DNA of 64,000 nucleotides from Octopus vulgaris (lineage: Eukaryota). The position numbers and the translations under genes were made by a program. Shown here piece by piece: positions 51,183 through 63,995 of this stretch (positions within the stretch are counted from its first letter, which is position 1; each line of letters begins with the position of its first letter). The DNA lies in assembly GCA_951406725.2 (NCBI GenBank), contig OX597814.1:111538001-111602000 (forward strand), in the 5' to 3' direction. The notes beneath the pieces are model-generated. The model made no database searches. It was not told the origin of the DNA and saw nothing but the letters and a program-made list of their open reading frames with translations.

Positions 51183-52020
51183 TTAATGACCATGTCCGTT
51201 TAACTGAATTGCTACTTTCTTCATCACTTTCACCAGTTTCATTTTGTGAGTGTAAACTTTTCCTAAAGCATATCATCAATAATTTCCTCAACTGCGAAGA
51301 GCCTAAACCTTGCTTGTTTACAAGATGAAGTTCTTGGTTCATCACATGTTCCTTTCATTGCAAACTCAACCATAGAACCAGGTGTAGTCCTAGTAACAAA
51401 AGGATCAGAATTGTATTGTAAGTTACTAGGAATATACCAGTTGTAAAACTTGATTATATAAAAGTGTTAACCCACATTTTCTTCCCTTTATATATATATA
51501 TATATCAATGAATTTAACTGTATTTCATTCACAGGGTGTTAAGTTTTACTACAAATACTTTTTGTTCATTTTCTTTTATATAAAAATCTCCCAATTTTCT
51601 GTCAAATGTCTTGTCCCCACCCCACTCTGTGAAGCTAATATATCAAAAGAACAAAGACATTATTTTTGTTTTTCTAGTTATTGAATTTTAGACATTCTGA
51701 TATTTCTCTTCATATCTTCCACAGAAACCTAGTTATGAGGTTGGTTGGTTGGTATATATAGAATGTATTCATGACTTGGGTTTTCAAAAATTTGTTGCCA
51801 TTGTGGATATCATGGCTCTGGGTGTGACATGTTATACTTTGCTTGGCTAATTTTATAGAGAAACTGTCCTACTTCTCACTTTTGAAGTGAAATAGTTGCT
51901 TCAACACTGTTGCAAAATACTCCAAACCCATCATGGCTGTACAATTGACTAGTGATAGAAACCATTCTAAGGCAGACAGTGGAGCAAGGTGTAGTTCTGT
52001 GGTTCACCAACTCCTATTGA

Positions 52021-52210
52021 AGGCAGCGAGCTGGCAGAAATGTTAGCACGCCGGGCGAAATGCTTTTCTGAGTTCAAAATCACCAAAGTTGACTTTGCCT
52101 TTCATCCTTCCAGGGTCGATAAATTAAGTACCAGTTGCACACTGGGGTCAATCTAATCGACTGGTCCCCTCCCCAAACATTTCGGGCCTTGTGCCTAGAG
52201 TAGAAAAGAA
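52021..52210 (+). mobile_element. Family M SINE monomer inserted in an RTE-type element
   Basis: GGCAGCGAGCTGGCAGAAATG...GTAGAAAAGAA; the host resumes after it (CTATTGAA/CTGTTGAA flanks). Confidence 0.85.
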
Positions 52211-52309
52211 CTGTTGAATTATCCAACCCATGCCAGCATGGAAATCAGTTTGATGATTGTGGTGATGATGTATCTACCTACCTACCTACCTTTCATGCCA
52301 CACTCCAAG

Positions 52310-52682
52310 CAGGCACATGCCATCAGTAATTACTCAGTAATTACTCAGGGTAGGCAGTTGGTGATGTTTGTGTAGTAAAACACACAAAACAGTAAGTAAA
52401 ATGCAGGCATGTGACTGAGTTGTAGACAGATTTACTTCTGCCTTTATAGCGCATAAAGAAAACGCTGTAGGAATGTACACAGCACACTGTACTACACCAT
52501 TACTATGCCTAGCTTTAATACTGAGATTGAAGAGCAGGGACGAATTATACCTACTTAATCTGTAAAGAAATAAAATATTTTGTATTTTATGCAGAGTAAC
52601 CTTCATAATTTTATTGAATTAGGTGCATATTTTATTTGGGGTAGGCACTGCCTACCTTGCCTACCCAGGTGGCATGTCTCTG
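52310..52682. mobile_element. Possible hAT-type MITE
   Basis: CAGGCACATGCCA...TGGCATGTCTCTG imperfect TIR with subterminal GGTAGGCA/TGCCTACC motifs; no clear TSD. Confidence 0.45.
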
Positions 52683-53899
52683 AATTGAAGGCATTCAATT
52701 TACAATAATGAAATCAGAGGAAATGTAATAGCGACTCAACACTTATAACATGTTTATTATTTGTAACACTGGTAAATATTTAAAAATTGTGGGATATGTA
52801 TGTTTTTCATTCATTTAAGCTTTTGCAGATTGTTGGATTGTGACCATGCAGGGGCAGCACATTGATCCCATTAATTGCTTTTGTGGCTGATGCCATTGGC
52901 ACCTGTGCTGGTAGCATGTAAAAAGCACCATTTGAGCATGGCTAATGCCAGTGTTGCCTGACTGGCTCCTGTGCCAGTGGCACATAAAAAGCACTGACTA
53001 CACTCTTGGAGCCTGTTGCAGCCTCCCAGCTTACTATTTCTCGGTCAAACCATCCAACCCATGCCAGGGAAAGCGGACATTAAACAACGATGAATGTGTG
53101 TTTGTTAAACCACTATGTTATGGTACATCAACAACATCACTGGTTTTAAGTGGCATAACCATAAACACAGATTCACCTGGATCTCTCTCTCACTCTCTCT
53201 CTCACACACACACACAATGGACTTCCATAGTATTTCTTTCTAACAAATTTCACTTTGGACATTAGCCATCTCGGTATTATAGAAGACAACAGTTGTCCAA
53301 GGTGCTATATAGTGGGGAGAATCCAGAATGGCAGAGTTAGAAAGCAAATTGCTTAACCATACAGCTATATCTGTACCTATATTACTAATATTTTTATTTA
53401 GAATCAACAGCTCAATGGAGCTGCTATTATATTTCATACACTGAGAATGTGAGTTCAAGTCTAGTCATGAACTTTTCTCTGATGTGTAAAAAGTAAAGTC
53501 TTAGCATGCTGAAATGTTGTATATTAAGATTTGTGAAAGCTTTGGCCATGTAGTTGCAGAAAATTATAGCTTATGTCTTTGGTTTTATTCCCTAGATTAT
53601 TTCTTGATATAAATAACTTACTCTGAAGATGGAAGACGTGTTGAGTGTATAACAAGGAAGATTGCTTTCAGAAATGTTATCTCCCTAAGACTGCACATTC
53701 AGTTCTTCTTATATGGATTTTTATGCCATCTAAAGAATCTACCATTTCAAAAGAAATGATATATTTCTTGGTCCTCTGTTAACTTCCAACTACCATACTG
53801 TTTTCAAAATAATCCTGGAATTTCTATAGGATTGCTTGGTGTTGTTTGTTCCTTCTCAAGCCATGCATGGTTCATAAGGGCTGGTTTCATTGGCATATA

Positions 53900-54307
53900 T
53901 ATTTCTTTATTGCCCACAGGGGCTAATCACAGAGGGGACAAACAAAGGGATTAAGTTGATTACATCGATCTCAGTGCATAACTGGTACTTATTTAATTGA
54001 CCCTGAAAAGATGAAAGGCAAAGTCGGCCTCGGCGGAATTTGAACTCAGAGTGTAACGGCAGACAAAATACCTATTTCTTTACTGCCCACAAGGGGCTAC
54101 ACACAGAGGGGACAAACAAGGACAGACAAACGGATTAAGTCGATTATATCGACCCCAGTGCGTAATTGGTACTTAGTTAATTGACCCCGAAAGGATGAAA
54201 GGCAAAGTTGACCTCAGCGGAATTTGAACTCAGAATGTAGCAGCAGACGAAATACCGCTAAGCATTTTGCCCGGCGTGCTAACATTTCTGCCAGCTCGCC
54301 ACCTTTT
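53900..54307 (-). mobile_element. Family M variant SINE, full copy plus partial tandem copy, inside one TSD
   Basis: ATTGGCATATA at 53889-53899 and 54308-54318; interrupts a head A/tail T3 SINE (~53838-54546). Confidence 0.85.
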
Positions 54308-54739
54308 ATTGGCATATAGGTTCCCCACCTGGATGGGACACCGGTCCATCGCAGGTGAGCTGCTAGATGCAGGGGGAAAGAGTGAAAGAAAGTTGTGGCA
54401 AAAGAGTCAGCAGAAGTTGGCCATTACCTTCTGCCGGAGCCAGGAGGATCTTAGGTGTTTCACTTGTAAACACACGCATTGCTCGGTCTGAGATTCGAAC
54501 CCAACCGTGAGTCCGCTGCTTTAACCACTAGGCCACATGCCTCCACTGGGATTGCTAGTAATGTATGTTATCAGTAACTTCCAAGGAAAGGTGACAATGG
54601 TTATGGATCATTGCAGGTCCTTCTTGTGGGGTTCAATACTGTTGATGTTTCACCACGAGTTTCAGTATTTGTAATGAAAATATGAATAGGGGAGAAGGAA
54701 ACTTTATCAAGACTATACTCAATCCCTGGACATTACTGT

Positions 54740-54990
54740 CCCAAGTCCTACAATTTGTAGGGCTGGCTACCCAGTTTCCTTGTATTTTTTAAGTGATTGA
54801 AATAACACCATTCTCCCTGAATGGGATGCCAGTCTGTTGCAGGGTTTACTCACTTGCAGCCGAGTGGACTGGGGCAATGTAAAGTATAGTGTTTTTGCTC
54901 AAGACCACAATGCATCAGTCAGTCTGGGAATTGAAACTACAATCTTGCAGTCATGAGTGCAACACCCTAACCACTAGGCTAAGCCTTCGC
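54740..54990 (-). mobile_element. SINE, head B with tail T3
   Basis: Minus strand CCTAGTGGTTAGGGTGTTGCACTC...GTCTTGAGCAA...CCTGCAACAGACTGGCATCCCATTCAGG; relative at ~3215-3385. Confidence 0.7.
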
Positions 54991-55243
54991 AAAATGGTTT
55001 TGGGGAGAATGTTTTGTTCTGGGTCTTGGAGGTAATGTCTATGGGAAAGGGACAGGCTGAAGCATCATTTGGATCACAGCCTACTAAACAGAGCAGGAAC
55101 CATTGATGTACTTTCTAGAAGAAAGAAATGGTGAGAGGAGGAGGAGAATATAGTAAGATAGTGGTTGTAGTTTGTTTAGTAAAGGTTTGTGAGAATCAGT
55201 CTGTTGACCTTTTTTTATATTATTTATTTTAGTGTTGTCTAGA

Positions 55244-55280
<37 letters not shown>

Positions 55281-56029
55281 TGTGTGTGGCAACTACATTA
55301 TCCTAAACTTATGAGCTGTGTTCAGACATGTTGGTATATGTTTATTTTGTAAGCAATCAACAACTGTGCAGAGCTGAAGTATTTTCTGGTCCTACTGAAG
55401 GAAGCTTGGATGTTGGGGTGCAATCTGTGATATATTTTAGATGCATGGTTCGCCTTGAAAGGTCATCAAGGTTCATGAAGTCTGGCTAAATTTTATTTTA
55501 TTTATTTATTTATTTATTGGTTTGCATTTTATAAATAAGACAGGTCATTATCGTTATTCTCTATTTTTGCTATATGTTATAGTGCTTATGACTTGGTTAT
55601 CATCATCATCTTTGTTTTAACACCCAATTTTCAATGTTTGCATGTGTTGGATGGAGTTTATCGAGGTAGACTTTCTTTGGCTGGATGACCTTACTGTCAC
55701 CAACCCTCGCCTGTTTCCTAGTAAGGTAATATCTCCCTGTGGCCAAACATATTTTTGAAAACCACTAGAAATGACTGACACTGCTCGATCGTGGCACTCA
55801 TTCACAACTATTATGCATTATAATTATTAAGACACACACACACACAATGATTTTCTTTGTTTCCACCTACCAAATCCACTCACAAGGCTTTGGTCAGTCC
55901 ATCGTGCTATGTAGTGGAACTGATTCCAAAACTATATGGTTGAGAAACAAACCTCTTAACAGCACTGCTTCACTTACATCTATCATCATCATCAACATCA
56001 TTATTTACTGTCTATTTTCCATGCTGAGT

Positions 56030-56550
56030 GCTACCTGACTGGCTCCCCAGGCCAGTGGCACCGACGATTGAAGGGTACTCATAAATGGGCTGGTTATGCA
56101 ACACTGGCATAGGCCATGGCTATGATCTCATTTAGCTTGCTGGGTCTTCTCAAGTACAGTATATCTCCAAAAGTCTTTGTCATTTGCCATTACCTCTGTG
56201 AAGTCCAATGTTTGAAGGTTGTGCTTCACCACCTCATCCCAGGTCTTCCTGGGTCTACCTCTTCCACAGCTTCCCTCCACTGTTAGGGTGTGACACTTCT
56301 TCACACAGCTGTCTTCATCTGTATGCAACACAAATGTCCATACCAGCACAGTTGTCTCTCTTGCACACCACATCTGATGCTTCTTATGTCCAGTTTTTCT
56401 CTCAGGGCACTTACTCTGTCGTATATGCACACTGACATTACACATCCAGCAATGCATACTAGCTTCATTTTTTTCAAGCCTACGCATGTCCTCTGCAGTC
56501 ACAGTTCATATTTCACTGCTGTGTAGCATGGCTGTTCGCACACATGAGGG
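56030..56550 (-). pseudogene. 5'-truncated RTE-clade LINE (ORF C-terminus plus start of 3' UTR)
   Basis: ORF 56128-56502 RRLEKNEASM..WMCNVS and VEGSCGRGRPRKTWDEVVK...DKDFWRYTVLEKT; GRGRPRKTW is the RTE C-terminal signature; frameshifted. Confidence 0.9.
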
Positions 56551-57344
56551 AGGGAAAGCCTGGTGTCACCTTCATTGAAATGGGTGGACTTTAAATCGGC
56601 CGTATCAGGTTCAAGTATTCTGCGACTTGTATGTTCAAGCCAGCCAGATCCAACCTCTCACACCTACCCTACAATGTCATTCTAAAAGTACACAGTCACA
56701 TCATTGAAATGTCAAAGCTATGAGATAATGCATGATTAATTCTAAACAAAGCAAATAGACAGACATTACATTTGACTGAGTAGTTGGAATGCTAAAGGGT
56801 CAGAATGCACTCCTTACAGTGGCAGACATAATCAAACCTGGAAAAGCAACAGATTTTATACAATTTTTTGTTTTTATATTATGTATTTAACTCACTGGAT
56901 CAGAATGAAGGGGTAGTGCTCCTGGCCATCGCAAATCTTTCATGACCACTGTGAATGCTGCCGTTAAGGTTCTCCTTGAACCATTGAATGTTAACACTTG
57001 TAAAGAAATCTTGAGCAGAGATTGAGTCCTGGGAAATAACTGAGTGTAGTGATTGAGGCCTGGGTTGGGGCACAACAAGGGTGATGGGAGTAGGAGAGAT
57101 GAATACCTGAGCCCAGCCAGCTTTGAGAAGGAGAGGTCATTACAGTAGTGGTAGAAAGAAAAACAAAGGAGACGGCACTCTTGTGGCCTAGAAGCTGGAG
57201 AGCACAACTGAGAGGTTTACATGAAAAGCAAAGCACCTCGTACACTCTATAAAATGATTGGCATTAGAAAGGGCTACCAACTGTAGAAATCATGCAAAAG
57301 CATGCAAGCATTGGAAAACGCGTGTTAAATGATGATGATGACTT

Positions 57345-57475
57345 GGGTGAACCGTTTCTGTATGTGATTGCAAATGTCTGTGAGTGTTACTACTGCAGTG
57401 CTGTTTCAGATGTGAGAGCAATACTCCATTGTGGACCTCACCTGAGCTTTGTAGAGTGTAAGTAATTGCTGGAGT
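57345..57475 (-). pseudogene. CR1/Jockey-group LINE ORF2 fragment
   Basis: QQLLTLYKAQVRSTMEYCSHI matches the post-RT LY...VR..LEY...W motif. Confidence 0.65.
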
Positions 57476-58227
57476 GTCCTGTTAACATCATCTTGCGATG
57501 GAGCAGGCAAACAAAAAAAACAGAATGTAAAAGATGAGAAATGGGTGGTACCCATCGATGGGCAAATTTTGGGGGTTGCTCTTCTGCTGGACAAGGTGGA
57601 AGACTTTGTTAATGTTGAGGACATTACTTTCTCAATTTTCCATGAATGAAGGACCTCTTGTTTGGATCTGGCTCTGCTTAAACATTATTGGATGTCACTA
57701 AACTTGGAAAGAAACTGCTATAAGTTGGGGTAGAGTTGTAGATAATGAAAGATTGAAGGGTTTTTTGTTTTTTGCGGTGCAGTTAGGGACCACTTAAGAA
57801 GTGAGATAATAGCAACAGTAATAATTGATCACCTTGGGTTGAACTTATCCACAGGCATATCTGTGTGGTAAGAAGCTTGCTTCCCAACCACATGGTTCTA
57901 GGTTCAATCCCATTGTGTGATGCCTTGGACAAGTGTCTACTATAGCCTCAAGCCAACCAAAGTCTTCTGAGTGAATTTAGCAGACAGAAAGTGAAAGAAG
58001 CTCTGTGTGTGTATGTTGGTTTGTTTATGTCCCCATCATTAGTTTGATAGAGTAAGTACCAGGCCTTAAAGAAAAAAAGTACTGGGGCTGATTCATTTGA
58101 CTAAAAATTCTTCAAGGCTGTGCTCCAGCATGGCCAAAGTAAAAGATATGCTTTTCTATGCATGCCTTTGTCATTTCCTTTCTGAGGTTCATCCTACTGA
58201 AATCAGCTTTAAAATGTTAGTTAATCC

Positions 58228-58447
58228 TTTTTACTATAGGCACAAGGCCTGAAATTTGATAGGGTGGGGGTGTTGGGGTAGTTGATTACAATGACCTCAG
58301 TACTTGACTGGTACTTTATTTCATTGACGCTGAAAGGACGAAAGGCAAAAATCGACCTCGGGATTTGAACTCAGAATGTGAAGAAAGATGGAATACCATG
58401 AAGCATATTGTCTGGCATGCTAATGATACCACCATTTTGCTGCCTTA
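58228..58447 (-). mobile_element. Family M SINE
   Basis: CTTTTTACTATAGGCACAAGGCCTGAAATTT...GAAAGGCAAA...TTTGAACTCAG; other remnants at ~25523-25641 and ~59410-59597. Confidence 0.8.
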
Positions 58448-58454
58448 ATAATGG

Positions 58455-58485
<31 letters not shown>

Positions 58486-58704
58486 GATGAGTGACGTATT
58501 ATAGCTGTCATATAACTAACATTTATCACTCATTGATGTAATGTGAACGTAAACTTCTTTTGGAAGCATGCAGATTTTCTTTCCCATTCATACAACACAC
58601 ACTGTCACATGTGCACCCTAACACTCACTCACCTCGGCATACCTAGGCATGCATACTCATCTTTGTATTTTCATGTGCAGGCATACACACACACACACAC
58701 ACAC

Positions 58705-58739
<35 letters not shown>

Positions 58740-59054
58740 TATATTCTATCAGACCACATTTCCATATACACCCACTCAATACACATATGACGTACATGCT
58801 TCTGAATGAAGCTATGCATAATTTTCTCACACAGAATGTAAGTAGCAGCCACATCCCATCCTAGAGTATAAACTTAGATCTGTTGGCCAACAATTTCCCA
58901 TGTGACTGAGAGATAGTCTTCAGCTTTATGTAACTATAGCAAGACTGCTAAATCTACTCTGTTTGATCTTAACAAAAATCTTTGGCAAAATGTAGAAGAG
59001 CAATCTGGTCAAACTTGTTTTCTGTGAGTTATGGCTGTAATTTATTTCGATTAA

Positions 59055-59093
<39 letters not shown>

Positions 59094-59207
59094 CATGTGA
59101 CAGCTGTACCTTTCTCAGTCTCTACCTCCCCGTCTTCCCCCAATTCCACACTATCTCTCTTATATTCGATGATCTTCTCTCGCTTTCCTATTTAACTAAC
59201 AGAACCC

Positions 59208-59241
<34 letters not shown>

Positions 59242-60993
59242 CTTTATTCTTTAAATCCAATAATTTGTGCCTTACTAAAGGCTGTAGCAGTTGTAAACAC
59301 ATCTACTCTTTTCAATCTGTGACGATCTTCACCGTTTTCTCCAATGGCAATTCAGCAATTTGGTTATGTCTAAAAGCATTGAAAGTGTTTCTTGTTACAA
59401 ATATCCATTCTGTGTAGGCACAAGAAATTTTGGGGAAGGGGGCCAGCCACTACCTTTGATCCTAGTTTGCAACTGGGTACTTTATTTTATCAACCCCAAA
59501 AGAATTCGAGGCTTGGTGACATTTGAAAACAGAATGTAAACTTGGACAAAAATTCTTCTGTTTCATGTGCTAACATTTCAGCCAGCTCACCACCTTATCT
59601 ACTATAATAATAATAATACTCTTGTGTTTTTCTCCGTCACAGCATATGAATGAGAAAGGAAGGGGGTGATTGCAAACTTGGTAGTGGGATGATGGAACTT
59701 CTGTGGTGAAGGGAAAAATAATAAAACAGCGTTTCAACTGTGTGAGTATATGTGTGTGTATGTAAAAGGGAGGCGTGTGAATGTTTGCGTGTGTATGCAA
59801 TGGAAGTGGGATGGTGAATATTCAACACTGAAAAGAAAAATCAAACAGCGTTTCAACTTTGTGTGCGTATATGTGTGTATGTGAATGTTTGTATCTGTGA
59901 ACTAGCATTCTTTCAATAACAAAAGCTGATCAATGTCACATCTCAAAAGACAACCACTAGATAACATTGACAAGTGTATTAATTTGAATTACCATCCATA
60001 TTCTATCTCATCCTTATTTATATATTATAAAATACTACAATTAGCCATCATTTTTGACAGCATGGGACACCAAAGAAGCACATCAAATTGGAGAATAGTT
60101 TTCTATCATAAGCTTTTGTCCTTGTTTTTAATTTATCTATCTATCTACCTACCTACACACCCACCCTCTGATGGATTCTGTTTTACAGAACAGCTCTAAT
60201 TTCTGCTATCATCTTTTTATAGATCTACGTAAACTGTTGCGTAAATATTATATATATATATATATAATCATCATCATTTAACATCTGTTTTCCATGCTGG
60301 CATGAGTTGGACAGTTTGACAGGCTTTAGCAAGGCCAGGAACCATACCAGGTTCATTGTCTATTTTAGCATGGGTTCTACAGTTAGGTGCCCTTTCTAAT
60401 CCCAACCACTTTACCATGTATTGGGTGCTTTTTATGTAGCACCAGCACCAATGCTTTATATGTATATATATGACATCTTGACTCTCTGCTTCTCTCTTTT
60501 TTCCAACTGGGGTTGCCATGTATCTGCTCTACTTCCTCTATGGCAAAACCCCTGTTCCTGTCTCTCTGTCATACTTTAATCTCTCATCACCTGGCACAAA
60601 GCCACCTCCCTTGATGCTACTCCCTTTCTCAGTTGAGCAGTACCATGTAAAAAGCACATTCTGTAAAGTGGTTGGGTGTTAGGAAGGGCATCCAGCCACA
60701 TCCAAATAAACAATGGAGCCTTGTGCAGTCCTCTAGCCCACCAGCTCTTTTCAAAGTGTTTTACTCATGCCAGTACGGAAAGCAGCATTAAAAGGTGAAG
60801 ATGATGTCGATGTTATGTGTAATCTGCTGTCCTTCATTCTGAGGATGGCTGCTTTGTAGGGTTGTCTCCATTTTCATTTTGATCTTGTAGAGACAAAGCT
60901 TGCAATTTCTGCTACACTAAATATGTCAGCTATTTTTATGAGATTGATAAAGAATATCTATACTACGTTTATAGTAGAATATATTTACATTAA

Positions 60994-61456
60994 CCCTTTT
61001 GTTACCAACCTGGCTGAAACCAGCTCTGGCTCTGTAATACAAATGTCTTGTTTTCATAAGTTTCGAATGAAAGTTTTTCATCAAACCTTAGTCACAATTT
61101 ATGTTCCTGACACTAGCTGAATGATAGCTAAGTTATTTTACTAAATTCTTTGTTATATTCAAAATTAATTGAAAGAAACACAGAGCATCTCAACAGAAAT
61201 ATGGTAACAAAAGAGTTTAAATATATTATTGAGAAACAATTCTTAACCCTTTCATTAGCAACCTAGCTAAAACTGCCTCTGGCTCTGTAGTACAAATGTC
61301 TTGTTTTCATGTTTTGAATTAAAATCTTCCACCAAGCCTTAGTCACAATTTATGTTCCTAACACTAGCTGAATGATTACTAAATTATTTTACTAAATTCT
61401 TTGTTGAATTTAAAGTAATTGAAAGAAACACAGAGCATCTCAAAATAATGAAAGGG
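60994..61456. mobile_element. Direct tandem pair of P2 MITEs (60994-61215, 61247-61456), ~270 nt upstream of the last coding exon
   Basis: TTAA-CCCTTT starts at 60990 and 61243; ends AAAGGG-TTAA at 61460. Confidence 0.88.
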
Positions 61457-61724
61457 TTAAGATACATTGGAGAATATTTGATAATTAAAAGAAAAAGAGG
61501 TAAAGTAACTGAAAGTGTTTTTTGAATAGATCAGCTTTTTTTTTTTTCTTTCTTGCTCAAAATTAACAGCCTGACAGTTCTACCCTCTTGACCCCTAATG
61601 GTTATACTTCGATTCTGAAAGATGTTGTTTTATTATCTAACAAGTATATAAAGTAATTGCCATTAGTTTTGTTTAAAATATGTAATTATATTTATTTGCT
61701 TTTGTTTGTCTGTTTTTTTATCAG

Positions 61725-61782
61725 GTGCATTGATAGGTGGTTTGAAGTGAATCGTTCCTGCCCAGAGCACCCCTCTGATTGA
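61725..61782 (+). CDS. ZNRF1/2: ZNRF1/ZNRF2-like last coding exon (RING C-terminus and stop)
   Basis: T-rich tract plus ATCAG acceptor; split codon AT|G = Met, then CIDRWFEVNRSCPEHPSD-TGA, the characteristic ZNRF C-terminus. The three exons give 86 aa. Confidence 0.97.
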
Positions 61783-63670
61783 GAACTTTATTGGAGACTG
61801 TATGGACATTTTTTACTGAAGCCATGATGTTCTTGGGTAAAGAAAAGAAATGGGGGCAAGGGTTGTGGGTTTTGATGTAATGGGTTGGTTAAGAAAGAAG
61901 AGAAAAATTGATTGCTGGACTGCCAAACAGGACATCTGCCATGGGGCTTTCTGCAGTAGTGATATGTGCTTGATTGAAATATTGGTAGAAGCAGATTATT
62001 ACAACTATGAGAATTTGTAAACATTTTTGAATATAAATAACTGCATCTACTGAAATATGCAAAAAAAAAAAAAGAAAAAAGAAAAAAAGGGGAAAAAAAT
62101 AGAGAAAAATGTATTTTTTTTTCTTCTGTTCAACCAACTGATGGTTGTGAACTATGTGTGTTCACTCAAACTTTTTTTTTTAAAGATGGGTGAACTTTGG
62201 GCTGTGAGGAAGAAGTTGAAATGGAAGACGGCTAAAGGCTACCATGGCAGAGCAAACATTGGTGGCCTTTCAGCTGAATTCTGTGTCTGGTGATCCAGTA
62301 GATCATCATATTGCTGTATTTATGGACAATTATTTCAAATATCAATAAAACTTTTCTATGAATATAATGCTTGCAAACGGGAGATTGTCGTCAAAATATT
62401 TGCTGAAATAAGTGCTATTTTTGTATGTGAATATATATGCTGACTATGACCATGGAATGTAAAAGTGTTCTTTGTTACTTATTGAATTTTTCTGTGAGCT
62501 GTGTCATTCTATGGTCGATCTGCAGTCCAGCTCCGAAACAGCTGGTTTTTCTTATGTCACTTCTAATGATTGGTTTTACATGTTCGCACACTGATGAATC
62601 TCATCAGTTGGATCATGTAAATTTAGAAAGAAATTGATGTTCTCTCTGCCCAGCCTTTTATTAATATTATTATTATTATCATTATTATTATTACTATCAT
62701 CAGCATTATAATTATTATTATTTTTTTTTTTTTTGTTTTGCAGGACTTGTATGCATTCAGATATATCCTTTATATGTTTGTAGATAACTATGCCAATGGT
62801 TCTTACGAAGTTAAAAAGTCTATTGTGATGTTGATTCTTATATTGGCAGGGCTTCATAACGTTTTGGATTCTGTTAGTGCAAAAGAAGAAAAAAAAAAAC
62901 CCAACAAAAAACAAAAAAACTAAAGCATATTTTAACCAATAGTTCAGATGAATGTTAAACAATATTTATAGATAGAAGAAACTTAGACTAGTTAAATATT
63001 GTACTTAATTAATTTGCCTTGTTAAGTATAAAAAAAAATGCAAAACGAAAACACAAAAAGTCTTATACTTGCAAACGTTCAGTATAAAGATATCTCTCGA
63101 CTAAGGGCTTAGTGTTATGATTTCTCTCTCCATGCATTAAATGAAATGAAATATCTTCAGTTTTAGAATCCGTTAATGTAACTTAATGCATGATGTCTAG
63201 TGCTTCGACAAAACGTCCCTCTTTTTCGAGATATTTAGAGGCGATCCTTGCAAACCAGCAGCATCAAAGTTGGATTTGTGAAGGACTTAAATTGTTGCTT
63301 TTCACATCCAACTTTGATTTCTTTTAGCTTTAACTTCATCATTTTTTGGGGGATTTTTTCCTTTATTTTTTTTTTTAAAGATTTCCCCAAATCAAATTAA
63401 AACTCAAATACCTGAATGATCACCTAATTAATGATTATTATTATTATTATTATTATTTATTTATCTATTTATTTTAATTTCTGTATCAGACTAATGAGTT
63501 CCTCGTAGGAATACTTACATACGCTTAAGTATTTCCGTAAAGCACTTTGATGTTTTTGTACTTTTTCAAAGATTGTGTGTTATTGATGATGATGATGGTG
63601 TTGGTGGTGGTGAGTTGTTCTAGTCAATTCAGACTACGACCCATGACAGTAAGTAATCTATCAGTGATAA
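61783..63670 (+). other. Probable 3' UTR of the ZNRF gene (end uncertain)
   Basis: Follows the stop codon and lacks the interspersed repeats that fill the introns; candidate polyA signals AATAAA 62344-62349, ATTAAA 63136-63141 and 63396-63401. Confidence 0.55.
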
Positions 63671-63904
63671 CCCACAAAGTAGGCACGCATGGCTCAGTGA
63701 GAAATTGACTATGTAGCCGTAGCTATCCTGTGTGTGTAATATGTATGCATAATTATATATATACATATATATATAAGTTCAGATGAATATGGTACTTAAG
63801 TTAAAGGCACTTAAGTTAAAGGCACCAGAATTTTGTATGGTATTATCCATATAAATCAAATGGGGTGATTATAATCAAAATAAGCAACAAGGATATCCAA
63901 GGCA

Positions 63905-63995
63905 GTGTAGTACAATTGTTTCATGCTACTTCATTTTATTAAACACTGTAAGTATTAGATCATTTTTAAAATGTCGAGCAATCTTCAGCCACATA
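63905..63995 (-). ncRNA. Candidate type I hammerhead ribozyme with palindromic stem III, in a probable repeat starting ~63775 and running off the window
   Basis: Minus strand UGUGG CUGAAGA U UGCU (~50 nt loop) AGCA U GAA ACAAUUGU A CUACA: 5-bp stem I, intact core, GUA triplet. Confidence 0.55.

Larger units (their letters stand above)
33632..61724 (+). other. GT-AG intron, 28093 nt
   Basis: Bounded by GTAAGT and ATCAG; flanking exons join in frame. Confidence 0.93.
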
